Under the pieces are notes generated by a model. That model was not told where the DNA came from, searched no databases, and worked only from the letters and a program-made list of their open reading frames with translations. 64,000 nucleotides of DNA from Plasmodiophora brassicae (lineage: Eukaryota), in NCBI GenBank assembly GCA_036867785.1, contig CP145424.1, positions 434,001 through 498,000 of the forward strand. The letters run 5' to 3'. Below are positions 1 through 9,806 of the stretch, piece after piece (position 1 is the stretch's first letter; every line of letters starts with the position of its first letter). Made by a program: the position numbers and the translations under genes.

Positions 1-940
1 TCGACCAGAGGCCATGTCCGCCATAACAGGGATCTACCGGAAGATGAATATGGGAGGACACTGGTTGGAGTTAAACGGAGAGGGAAATTGCTCATCCATG
101 AGCGAATGGCAATAAAGGCACACTGATTGATGACCATAGCACGTTTACGTTGCTGGTTACGCCATCGACAACTGACGATGGCCGCGAAACGCCATAGCTG
201 ATGACAAGGTCGCTTGAGAGAAGGTCTGGACAGTGCCGTGGCAGGTATGCACAAGAGGGAGACTCTGACCCGATTTGCCCAGCTTCAGGTCGCGGGGCGG
301 CTTGAATTTGGTTGCGGATAATTGATTCTGGATGCCAGGCGTGGACGTTGCTGGTAGGCATCTCCATGATGTCGTTGACAGTGGACAGTGTTGGCCAATT
401 GCCAACGTCATCATGGCTTGGGTCAAGATCTGTGGAGTGCCAGGGGAAGTGTGTGGCAGAGTGGGACTCGGGCACGAGTTGCACTTCAGGTCGTGGGTCG
501 GCTTGAATTTGATTATGGATAAATGATTCTGGATGCCAGGTTTGGACGTTGCCGTCGTCAGGAATCTCCATGTCATCGCGAAGTGGCCTCCAAACGGATA
601 CCGCTGCTAATGCCGCCTGGTACTGAGCGCCGCTCCCATCGACGACGTCGTCATCGGTGGCTGAATCGGCGTGTAGTAAGGTATGATCACCGAGGTCTAT
701 ATGGACGGCCACATGTGGTCAGGTAGGAGGCAACCATTGGACATTGCAACTTCCCTGACGGTGCAACAGGTCCGAGTTGACGTCGTCTGGGGGATACACG
801 GTCCAGCTGACGTCTGCGGTCGGAGCTAGCGCATCGGTACCTGCACCGACATGGAAAACTGTCTGCGATATCACCGATGCCACTAACGTCAGCTGGCATG
901 CCACCAGGAGGACTGCAAGTACTGTTGCCCACGATGTCAT
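1..940 (-). pseudogene. Copy 1 of secreted Cys/His-repeat protein family (5' part only; frameshifted; runs off the window)
   Basis: ATG 940 gives signal-like MTSWATVLAVLLVACQLTLV. Intron 759..697 (GT..AG, phase 1) joins ORF 92..712, which is clearly paralogous to 10048..11574. Small deletions near ~95 and ~50 relative to the paralog shift the frame while homology continues to base 1. Confidence 0.7.
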
Positions 941-1153
941 TCCACACGCGCTGATCCCAGATGGCAATATATGATCCGCGCAAAATTGTGAGTCCGTCGG
1001 ACTGTCTCTATGGCATATTAGGGCTTGCGCCATTGCGCACGGCCGTCTGGGATTTCCGGACTTCATGAGTGAGCTGTGGTGGGGGGGGGGGGGGGTAGAT
1101 AAAGAGACTGCATGTTGTCACAGCGGGATATGGCACTGTGATCACTAGTACTG
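1..1153. repeat. Left arm of a large diverged inverted repeat (partner starts at 9591 and runs through the copy-2 gene)
   Basis: 1071..1153 (gagctgtggt-G15-tagataaagagactgcat...gatcactagtactg) is the reverse complement of 9591..9680. Homology extends outward through both gene copies and stops at 1153/9591. Confidence 0.85.
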
Positions 1154-1234
1154 GGTCGATGGCTACGAGGCACGAGCACAGGGAACCCGCATCGGGGTCA
1201 AATCGGGGTCAATTGGGCAACGCGGCCTCCAGAA

Positions 1235-1690
1235 CACACGTACGGTGTGTTTGGTGATTCTGCAGGAATTGCTACCACTGTGGGCCAATTCGGGGCGTTC
1301 TGCTCCAGTCTGGCCACATTGCGATTTTGACTTTCGGAAGTGCGTGAGTCGGCGTCATTGCCTCATTGGTGTGCGTCTGTCATCTGTCGAATGAGTCGAC
1401 CACGCAGACTGGGATCGAGTAGCGACTCCGAAAGTCAAAATCGCAATGTGGCCAGACTGGAGCAGAACGCCCCGAATTGGCCCACAGACATTCGGTCACA
1501 CGTACGGTGTGTTTGGTGATTCTGCAGGAATTGCTACCACTGTGGGCCAATTCGGGGCGTTCTGCTCCAGTCTGGCCACATTGCGATTTTGACTTTCGGA
1601 AGTGCGTGAGTCGGCGTCATTGCCTCATTGGTGTGCGTCTGTCATCTGTCGAATGAGTCGACCACGCAGACTGGGATCGAGTAGCGACTC
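1235..1690. repeat. Direct-inverted-direct repeat
   Basis: 1235..1428 is repeated at 1497..1690, and 1427..1487 is the reverse complement of 1278..1338. Confidence 0.9.
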
Positions 1691-1956
1691 ACCAGAGCAT
1701 GCGGGGGGTGATGCTTCTCGGAACGTGAGTATCTTCTTTGAGCATGTGCGCGAATACCAGCGTCGTCGCGCAGCTGCCGATTCTCATCGCCAGCGGAACA
1801 ACGTCGCCGCCGGCAACCGTTTTCTTGAGATTGCTCGTCGAGCTCTGAGCGAACGGCGCAATCCTTCAGTCGACGTCGTGCACAATCCGTTTCTCCGGCT
1901 CTTCGATGAGCACCGTCGGCGGCGTCAACGTCGACCGACGATAACTGTAACGAGGC

Positions 1957-3790
1957 ATGGAGACAATGTTTCTGTGGATTGATATCCACCCGGCGCTGTT
2001 GGAGAACAATGCCCGTTCCAATGTTCAGGAATTCAACGAGTGGCGCGATACTAACTGCAAAGAGTACCTGAATGAGCTCAGGCTTTCCGATTTCCTGGTG
2101 GCCGAAATCAGCAAGAAGCTGGAGGAACTCGAGGCACCGAACATCAATCCGACAATTCTCGACAATTTCGATGAGGTGATGCGGTCAAATGGATTGTACA
2201 ACTCTCTCAATAACTGTGCTAAGGAGTCACGTATTCGTCGAAATGCACTGGTAGTAACACACCGCTTTGTTCACGAATGTAAGTTCTCATGGTCATTTGG
2301 TAGATTCGTGATATTTGTGAGGCCAAAGGGGTACCAAGTGACGACTTTACTGATGCTCTGGATGTGGGCCTGAATGCTACAGCCGAATCTATCAGTGTTG
2401 CGCAGACACCTTCTGGATATGGGGGTGACATCGCCCTTTATCAGGTACAAGGCCTGCCGGGGTGGTCATGTGTGGCCCGACGGCGCAGATGTGCCATCGT
2501 CAGAAGCCTGCTGTCTTCAGCCAGAGCCGTGTATCTACTTTTCGCGAATTCTGTTTCTGCAGTGTCTGTTCCGGTCGAACACGTTCTGCAAGATGCTCCA
2601 CGACGAACTCGACCGCCATCGAGAAATCGCATCGGCTCCTTTGAGAAGTACGTATATGCAAGACTGGACGGATGGAGACTTGTTTTATACGGTGTACTCG
2701 CCGTTTATGAAGTCTTGCCTCGAGAACGGCGAGTTCCCTCTCTCGTTGTTATCCCTGATCGACGGGGCAGATCTTCTCAGCTGGGGATCCAAGTCAGTTG
2801 TTCCTCTTGTCCGAATTTGTGATGGGGTTACCGGCATCGGTTCGCTGCAGTCAGGGCCTTATGTCCCCTGTGGCATTGATCCCAAACGTTGCTAAGGGTC
2901 ATCGACGTGCAGTGCAGAGACTGGACGCTTCTGAGCTGAATTTGATGAACTGATATGGATTCCCAGTGTTCGACGCAGTCGAGAAGAGTGTCAAGCATGT
3001 TCGATGCATCTCGGCAGTGATGGTATGTTGTCCACGTATAACAGTTTGTATGCTGCAATACCCGTATTAACCGCCTCCATCAGCCAATGGATTATATCGA
3101 GCTCTGTCACACGAGCTGTACTAGCCAGAACGGCAAGCAGGATGCTTGCAATAAATGCGGCATCAGAGGCCGTTCAGCAAACCGATCTGTCAAGTACCAT
3201 GGGGCATTTATGTTCGCGTCATCGGATGTCCAACGCCATGTCAGTGTACTGGTAGCGTTGCTAAGTACCGGTTGACCACTGAAGATTTATGCTTGCTGAT
3301 ATAGTTCTGTAGAAAATATGAAGACATGCTGGAGCATCTCGACGCATTGCCTTCCGATAAAAGGCCGAGCGACGTGTGTTCACTTGATCAGCTACGTGAT
3401 GATGTGCGCTGCGAAGATGACAACGAAGTTCGGCGTCGCATGACGTCGAGGAACGTCGGTGACCGTGGTGGATACCGTCACCCGGCTTATGACGTCTACT
3501 CCGTTGGCCTTCTATGCAGTTTTGGACACGCGTCCAACTACGTGCACGATCCTATGCACGCCATCTGCATGTGTGTTCGGTCGTGGAGACTGTCCCATTC
3601 CCGTGTGGGCTTGGCCCAATAACACTGCCTATCCAGCTAAAGTGAAGGCTGGTGTAAAATGGTCGTCCCTGGCTGTTGAAATCGATGAGGTTTTGGAGAA
3701 CCTTATAACGTTGGTATCGCGAACCGGTGGTTCAACGAAACCAAGGAACCCTTTGGTGAGTTCCTGGTGGAAAGCAGCTGACTCTCTCGA
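1957..3790 (+). mobile_element. Decayed CACTA/En-Spm (Tnp2/Transposase_21-like) transposase
   Basis: Fragmented ORFs carry YFSRILFLQCLF...DWTDGDLF...LSLLSLIDG...SVVPL, then GFPVFDA, NGKQDACNKC and YVHDPMH motifs in CACTA transposase order, broken by stops and frameshifts. Confidence 0.65.
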
Positions 3791-4179
3791 ACGAGCACCC
3801 GCGAAACAACAGACCACCAGATCCCAATGCCAATGTCGCCTAGCCAAACGAGAGAGTCAGCTGCTTTCCACCAGGAACTCATCAAAGAGTTCCTTGGTTT
3901 CATTGAACCACCGGTTCGCGATACCCACGTAAGGTTCTCCAAAACTTCATCGCTTTCAACAGCCAGGGACGACCATTTTACACCAGCCTTCACTTTAGCT
4001 GGGTAGGCAGTGTTATTGGGCCAAGCCCACACGGGAATGGGACAGTCTCCACGACCGAACACGCATGCAGATGGCGTGCATAGGATCGTGCACGTAATTC
4101 GACGCGTGTCCAAAACTGCGGTATCCACCACGGTCACCGACGTTTCTCGACGTCATGCGACGCCGAACTTTGTCGTCAT
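3418..4179. repeat. Imperfect fold-back inverted repeat
   Basis: Arm ~3418..3789 is reverse-complementary to ~3849..4179, with substitutions and a deletion. ORFs 3459+ and 3703- translate to near-identical peptides. Confidence 0.9.
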
Positions 4180-4354
4180 ATGACGCGCAACTCGGTTACG
4201 ATGATGGACAACGACAATGACGACTTGACACCGGAAGCATCTCCTCGATCTCGGGCTAGCCATGCCGTTCCTGACGTATCGTTTGTGTTTCGCGTGTCAT
4301 CTCTGGTCAGCAATATCACGCGCGCATCCGGCAGTGGTTGCTGTGCTACTTCGG

Positions 4355-4645
4355 AGCCAGTTCCGTATTTCTCGCGGATCCTGTTCCTCCAATCGTTGTT
4401 CCGGTCCAAAACATTTCCTCAACAGTTGAACGAAGAATATGCTAGACATATCAGCTGACTACTCGACGAGCCAGCCGATTCCATCCGTGGCTGGACCGAC
4501 GGGACACACTTTTCTGTCCGTTATGCCGATTTCATGCGGCGGTGCATTCCGTACGTACCATCAGTTCCTGTTGGCATTTTCGTCAATGAATGACGCTGCT
4601 GATGTCCTCAAATGGTGATCGAGATCCGTTGTACCGCTCGTTCAG
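4355..4645 (+). mobile_element. Second diverged CACTA transposase fragment
   Basis: PVPYFSRILFLQSLFRSKTF...GWTDG...SVVPLV is paralogous to ~2525..2810 and has internal stops. Confidence 0.6.
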
Positions 4646-5345
4646 CATGTCGGGGGAATCCTCTGTGGAGCGCTGCTGTATGCACGTCCACGTTATCACC
4701 ATGAGGCAATGCGTGGAGGTTGATTCGCATTCCTGACGTTATCGATATTTAAGCCTCGTGAGAGGTTTCGAGTGGGCATTGCTCACGCAAATTCGAACGT
4801 TCCTAAGCGCCGCATGCCGGCATGCGGGATTGACGCGAAAGGCAAAGTCTACTGAGCCGAGTGATGCGGCAAGAACAGCGCCGGCACATCCGGGAACGGC
4901 ACATCCGGGAACGTCGTACCCGGCTGCAACCAGTACGATCTGGGGGCGGTACCTACCGACCACCTCGACGGATCAAAGGTGAACCCGGGACAGAAGAAGA
5001 CGCATCATCCTGACGGCGGCTCTCCACAGCATGGAGCGCCCGGCGATGACCAAGGATAACTGACGCGCGCAATTACACGTGTAGTTGACGACCTGCGCCC
5101 TGCTCGATACAATTGTTTCCCCTCCCACCACCGTTCGGTGTTGATGGCGCCCGATCCGCCGCAGCTGGCAGCCTGTCCGCCATCAACGGGGAGCGGCGCA
5201 CTCGATGAACGGAGGGCGACTGACTGGCTTCTCGGTCCGGGGCGCCATCGCCACCATCGTCTTCGGTAGATCAATTCTAAGCGCTCCCAGCGTCTCGGTT
5301 TCAAGTTGCGAAGCGTACTCAACTCCAGTGTTTGGATGCCTTCAT

Positions 5346-8300
5346 TCACTGGAACCAGTTGCAGCGGATGAGACGGGCGAGCGGTTTCAGGGCGACTGCC
5401 TCGAAGCGGCGTACGCGCCGGACGTACGCGAGGTCGACGCGCAGGCCATAGTGGCGGGCGGCGATCGCGGCCAGCAGGTCGGCGGGCGCGTCCGTCGCCA
5501 TGTTGACGGCCAGGTTGACGAGGACGTCGTCGATCGCGTACAGGTTGGACGAGATGGCGGCGACGACGCGCGACTCGATCGCCAGCGGCAGCCGCATCCG
5601 GCCGCCGCCGTACGCGACGACCTCGTCCCGCAGCGCGACTTGGGCCACGTCGGCGAACACCAACTGGACCGTGTTCGTCGCCAGCCCGGTCTGCAGGTAG
5701 AAGTTCGACGGCGTCGTGTCGATGCCGATGACGGACGATGCCGTCACCGCCTTCGACACGCGTATCATCTGGTGCAGGATCCGGGCGCTGAACGCCGACC
5801 CGCTGTCCAGGTACTCGTTCGCGAACGTACCGTTCGGCACGCGGGGCTGAACGCAGAACGCGACCACACGTTCGCTCTGGTCGGCGACGACGACCTCCTG
5901 GATCCACGTGTCCAGGACGCGTACGCCGCGCTGCCTGAGCTCGGAGACGTACCTGCTGAAGCTGTTCTGGAACCGGTCGAACAGCTGCCTGGTCGCGAAC
6001 GTCGGCAGCAGTTTGTACACGAACGCGTCGTCGTCGTCGTCGTTGAACCAGACCGTCGCCGGAATGAAACTCTGCGACGACGTCGTGACGCGCGCCGACG
6101 CGTTACGCGTCGCGATGTCGCGCATGACGACCGTCGATCGACGTGCCCTTGTGCAGATGGCGCCACCGCTGGACGACAACCGCTCCAGCGATCGCAGCGC
6201 TTCCTCGATCGCTTCGCCGTCGAGGTCCTGGCGAGCGGCGAGCGACACGTTCGCGATGCGTTTGAGCGAACCGCCGGAAAGGACGTCAAAGATTTCGGTC
6301 ACGTTCATGAGGGCCTCGTCGTACAGCGCCATGATACGGTCGAGGTCGTCTTCGGTGATGTTCAGCGGCAGGCAGATCTGCGAGAAGTCGGGCTCCAGGG
6401 CACAGTAATGGGCGAAGATGCCGACGTCGAACAGCGTCTTGGTGAAGAACCTGCCCATCAGGTCGGATCGGAACTGGACGGCCGCGAACAGCCCCAACTG
6501 ATTGAACGTCTTCAGGACGCGCTTGTGCTTGTCGCAAAGCCGCTCCAGGTGGTCGTGCAGGCGACCGCCCATCGCCCGGACGTTGTCGAGGAACCCGGGG
6601 CCCTGGACAATGTCCATCATGGCGGACGTGACCGTGCACGCGAGGTCGTTGCCACCGGTGCTGGTCATGATCGCGAACGGGTCCGCATTGAGCAACGCCG
6701 CGTACTTCTTGTTGAAGGCGCAGGCGCCGATCGGGACCATCCCGCCGGACATGCCTTTACCGGCGACGATCATGTCCGGGTGCAGGCCGAATTGCTCCAC
6801 CATCCACATCGTCCCCGTCCTGCCGAAACAGGTCTGCACTTCATCGACGATCAGGGCGACGCCCATCTCGTTGCACTTCCTGGATAGGTTATCGAAGAAG
6901 CCGGCCGGCGGCAAGTGCAACCCGGTCGTCATGTAGACCGGGCAGATGACAACGGCGGCGGTTTCCTCATCGATGGCCTTGTCCAGGGCCGCCCAGTCCC
7001 ACATCGGCACACGTGTGACGCGGCCGGTGGGTCGGGGGCCAACCCAGAACCGTTCGTCGCTCAGGAACGATGCATCGCTGGTGAACCCGTGGTACGCCTG
7101 CTCGAACGAGACGACCTTTGGACGCCCGGTCGCGTACCTCGCCATCTTCAGCGCCGCTTCAATCGCTTCACTGCCCGAGTTCGTGAACAGGACGCGGTCG
7201 ATCCCGTCCGGCATCGACTCGGCCAGGCGTTTCGCCAGCGTCGCCTGCCGGGCCGTGTGGTAATGGTATAACGTCCCGGCCGACGACAACCCGTCCAGGT
7301 CGGCCTTCATCGCCTCGACGAGACGCGGGTGGTTGAATCCGAGCGGGTAGCATTTCGCGGCCAGGTTCAGCAGCGACTTTCGGCAGCCGACGTCGTTCAC
7401 TTCAATGCCTTCGCGGACGCCAGGCACGAACGTCAGGCCGTTGATGTCGAAAAACTCGACGAACGACGGCGACATGAACTCGGCGACATCACGTTTGCAT
7501 ACGTCGCGGTCGGGCGTGTCAGCGTCCGGGTACACGCCTTCGTAGAGGCTGGAGAAGTCCCAGGTGTCGTGCTGGCAGTGACGCTCGACAGCGTCAATCA
7601 TTCGATGCAGGTATGCGCTTGCGATCGTTTTCTTCATCGTCATCATCTCATGCCTCATCGTGGCAATAGACGTGGTCGGCTCGCCGTAGAAGCGACCCTT
7701 CCAGCGCAGGCGCCAGAAGGTCCTGAAGTGCCCGGCGGACATCGACATCCATGGCACCTTGCTCGCAACCTGCAGGAACACGTCGATCACGCTCCTGTCC
7801 TGTCCCGACATGAGGGACAGCGCAGTGACGACGTTCGAGTAGTACAGGTACAGGAACAGGACGCCGAATCGGTGCCCGTCCCGGTATTGGGCCAGCTGTG
7901 CGATCTGATTCTGGAACACAGTCTTCATCGCTGGATCGTCGATTAGCGCGACGTCGCACGCGTCGATCAAAGCAGGGAGGAAGAACTGGGAAGACTTGCC
8001 GTGACAGCCGTCGAGAACGTCACGAAGGTGGTGAGCGGCATCAACGCCCACCCCGGTCAACGCATTGCTGACATGGTCGATGTCGGATCGAAAAAGGTCC
8101 ACGTCCCAGCCACTGAGATGCTCGTCGGCAGCGTCGTGCGGGTACGCGGCGATCATGCGGGAGAGCGAGACGATGTCCATCTGTAGCGGGTCGGCAACGG
8201 CGAGGTCGTACATCTGGTTGACGTCATACCCGTAGCATTGTGCCAAGGCGGTTGCGGTCGCGTGCGCATGCATCTGGATGTGGTGGAACGCCATCGTACG

Positions 8301-8822
8301 CGCGAACACGTTCTGGATGACAACGTGCGACGCCATCTGCGACCGCAACAGGTTGACGTTGATGTTCGGGAGGGTCTCGTCCACCAGGGACGTATCGCCC
8401 GACACCATGTACTGTGCCTTGGCGACACTCAGGCTGTACGCTGAATCAACGAAAACCATGCACTCGACACGAAGGCTTCCCGTTTCGTAGTCACCCTTGA
8501 ACTGGCGGAATTCGTCGGGCGAGCAGGTCGATGTGATGTAGACCACGCTGGGGGTGGACGACGACGGTTCCATTGATGGAAGCATTCCCCGAAAGTGCTC
8601 GAGACGCTGTGTGAACACCAGGACGATATCAGCGTTCATAGCGTCGGCAACGTCGTCGGCGACAACCACGCCCGTCTTGCCCAGGAAGCGCTTGTAGGCG
8701 GATCGGGACCTGTTGAAGACCTTGACGTCGTCGATCTGGTTCGCGAGCAGCCCCTGCACGAAGGCAGACCCCATCGTGCCCAGGCCAATAACGGATAGTC
8801 GCGAACGCATGTTTCTGCCCAT
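5346..8822 (-). CDS. Intronless fusion: NAD(P)-binding imine-reductase/beta-hydroxyacid-dehydrogenase-like + class-III PLP aminotransferase + C-terminal kinase-like (DUF6206-like) domain
   Basis: Uninterrupted ORF with ATG at 8822 or 8810. Rossmann motif VIGLGTMG...VFNRS. Class-III aminotransferase motifs FTNSGSEAIEAALKMAR, YHGFT, DEVQTCFGRTG and PDMIVAGKGMSGG (Lys codon 6758..6756). C-terminal VYK / GIDTTPSN / FADV motifs. Confidence 0.85.
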   Translation of the reverse strand: MGRNMRSRLSVIGLGTMGSAFVQGLLANQIDDVKVFNRSRSAYKRFLGKTGVVVADDVADAMNADIVLVFTQRLEHFRGMLPSMEPSSSTPSVVYITSTCSPDEFRQFKGDYETGSLRVECMVFVDSAYSLSVAKAQYMVSGDTSLVDETLPNINVNLLRSQMASHVVIQNVFARTMAFHHIQMHAHATATALAQCYGYDVNQMYDLAVADPLQMDIVSLSRMIAAYPHDAADEHLSGWDVDLFRSDIDHVSNALTGVGVDAAHHLRDVLDGCHGKSSQFFLPALIDACDVALIDDPAMKTVFQNQIAQLAQYRDGHRFGVLFLYLYYSNVVTALSLMSGQDRSVIDVFLQVASKVPWMSMSAGHFRTFWRLRWKGRFYGEPTTSIATMRHEMMTMKKTIASAYLHRMIDAVERHCQHDTWDFSSLYEGVYPDADTPDRDVCKRDVAEFMSPSFVEFFDINGLTFVPGVREGIEVNDVGCRKSLLNLAAKCYPLGFNHPRLVEAMKADLDGLSSAGTLYHYHTARQATLAKRLAESMPDGIDRVLFTNSGSEAIEAALKMARYATGRPKVVSFEQAYHGFTSDASFLSDERFWVGPRPTGRVTRVPMWDWAALDKAIDEETAAVVICPVYMTTGLHLPPAGFFDNLSRKCNEMGVALIVDEVQTCFGRTGTMWMVEQFGLHPDMIVAGKGMSGGMVPIGACAFNKKYAALLNADPFAIMTSTGGNDLACTVTSAMMDIVQGPGFLDNVRAMGGRLHDHLERLCDKHKRVLKTFNQLGLFAAVQFRSDLMGRFFTKTLFDVGIFAHYCALEPDFSQICLPLNITEDDLDRIMALYDEALMNVTEIFDVLSGGSLKRIANVSLAARQDLDGEAIEEALRSLERLSSSGGAICTRARRSTVVMRDIATRNASARVTTSSQSFIPATVWFNDDDDDAFVYKLLPTFATRQLFDRFQNSFSRYVSELRQRGVRVLDTWIQEVVVADQSERVVAFCVQPRVPNGTFANEYLDSGSAFSARILHQMIRVSKAVTASSVIGIDTTPSNFYLQTGLATNTVQLVFADVAQVALRDEVVAYGGGRMRLPLAIESRVVAAISSNLYAIDDVLVNLAVNMATDAPADLLAAIAARHYGLRVDLAYVRRVRRFEAVALKPLARLIRCNWFQ

Positions 8823-9806
8823 GGGGACGAGGCTCAGGTAATCGGTATAACCTGGCCGGTCCGCTGAACGCTGCTTGGCACCCACGTCACCTTCCGAACG
8901 TGACACCTCGGCGGCAGACGATCGGCATGACTCAGCTGGAACCACCAGGTCGCCGGCATGGTCTACCGGCTCTAGACCTGCACGCGCTGGTCGGTTTCCT
9001 CGGCTAGGTATGTACTGGTACAGTAGTCGGCTACCTACAGTAGTTTCGGTGCTGCTTTGGAGGCTGGTGATGAACCGACATCACTGTCGTCGTTTTCCGA
9101 CTTCGCAGTGTCAACCCTCGGTGCCACGCCCACGAACCAGGGTTACGGAATGTAATGACGTAGACAGTACGGCGCTCTGCATGCACCACCTGCTGTCCTG
9201 GACTCTGTGCGGAAAAGGGGACCCGAAACGAGGGCCTGAACCGGATTTAGCTCTACGACGATGACTTGGCGAGGCCGCCGTCGAGGATATGATGGAGAAG
9301 ATAAACGGCATTGCCGCATTGGGATACTGGCCCGCTCGAGCAGAGACCAGGCACACTCTGATATAGTAACAGCCGGAAGAAATCGGACCTGTGAGCGTTA
9401 CCCGCACCGCCTTAGACATCGAGAATCATCCTCCTGTGTTTGGGGCAGTGTACCGGACGAGCGCCGTACGTTTGCATGCAACCTGACACCGGTAGAGCAG
9501 GCAGTCTGCGATCATTGCCAACGAATATCCAGCGCTTACCCTGCAGCCATTGGCCTGGAGCCAACTTGCAGCTGATTTCGTGCCAGTGAACAGTACTAGT
9601 GATCACAGTGTCGTATCCGGCTGTGGCAATATGCAGTCTCTTTATCTACCCCCCCCCCCCCCCCACCACCACCACAGCTCGTGGCGTCCGGTAGGCTCAC
9701 CCGGCCTTGGTCTATGGCACCAGCCCTAATATTGTCACGGAGACAGTCCGACGGACTCAGAATTGCGCCGGATCAAATATTGCCATCTGGAATCAGCGCG
9801 TGTGGA

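Noticed and set aside
5205-6887. 560-aa + strand ORF
   Set aside because: Antisense shadow of the GC-rich fusion gene, with no motifs.
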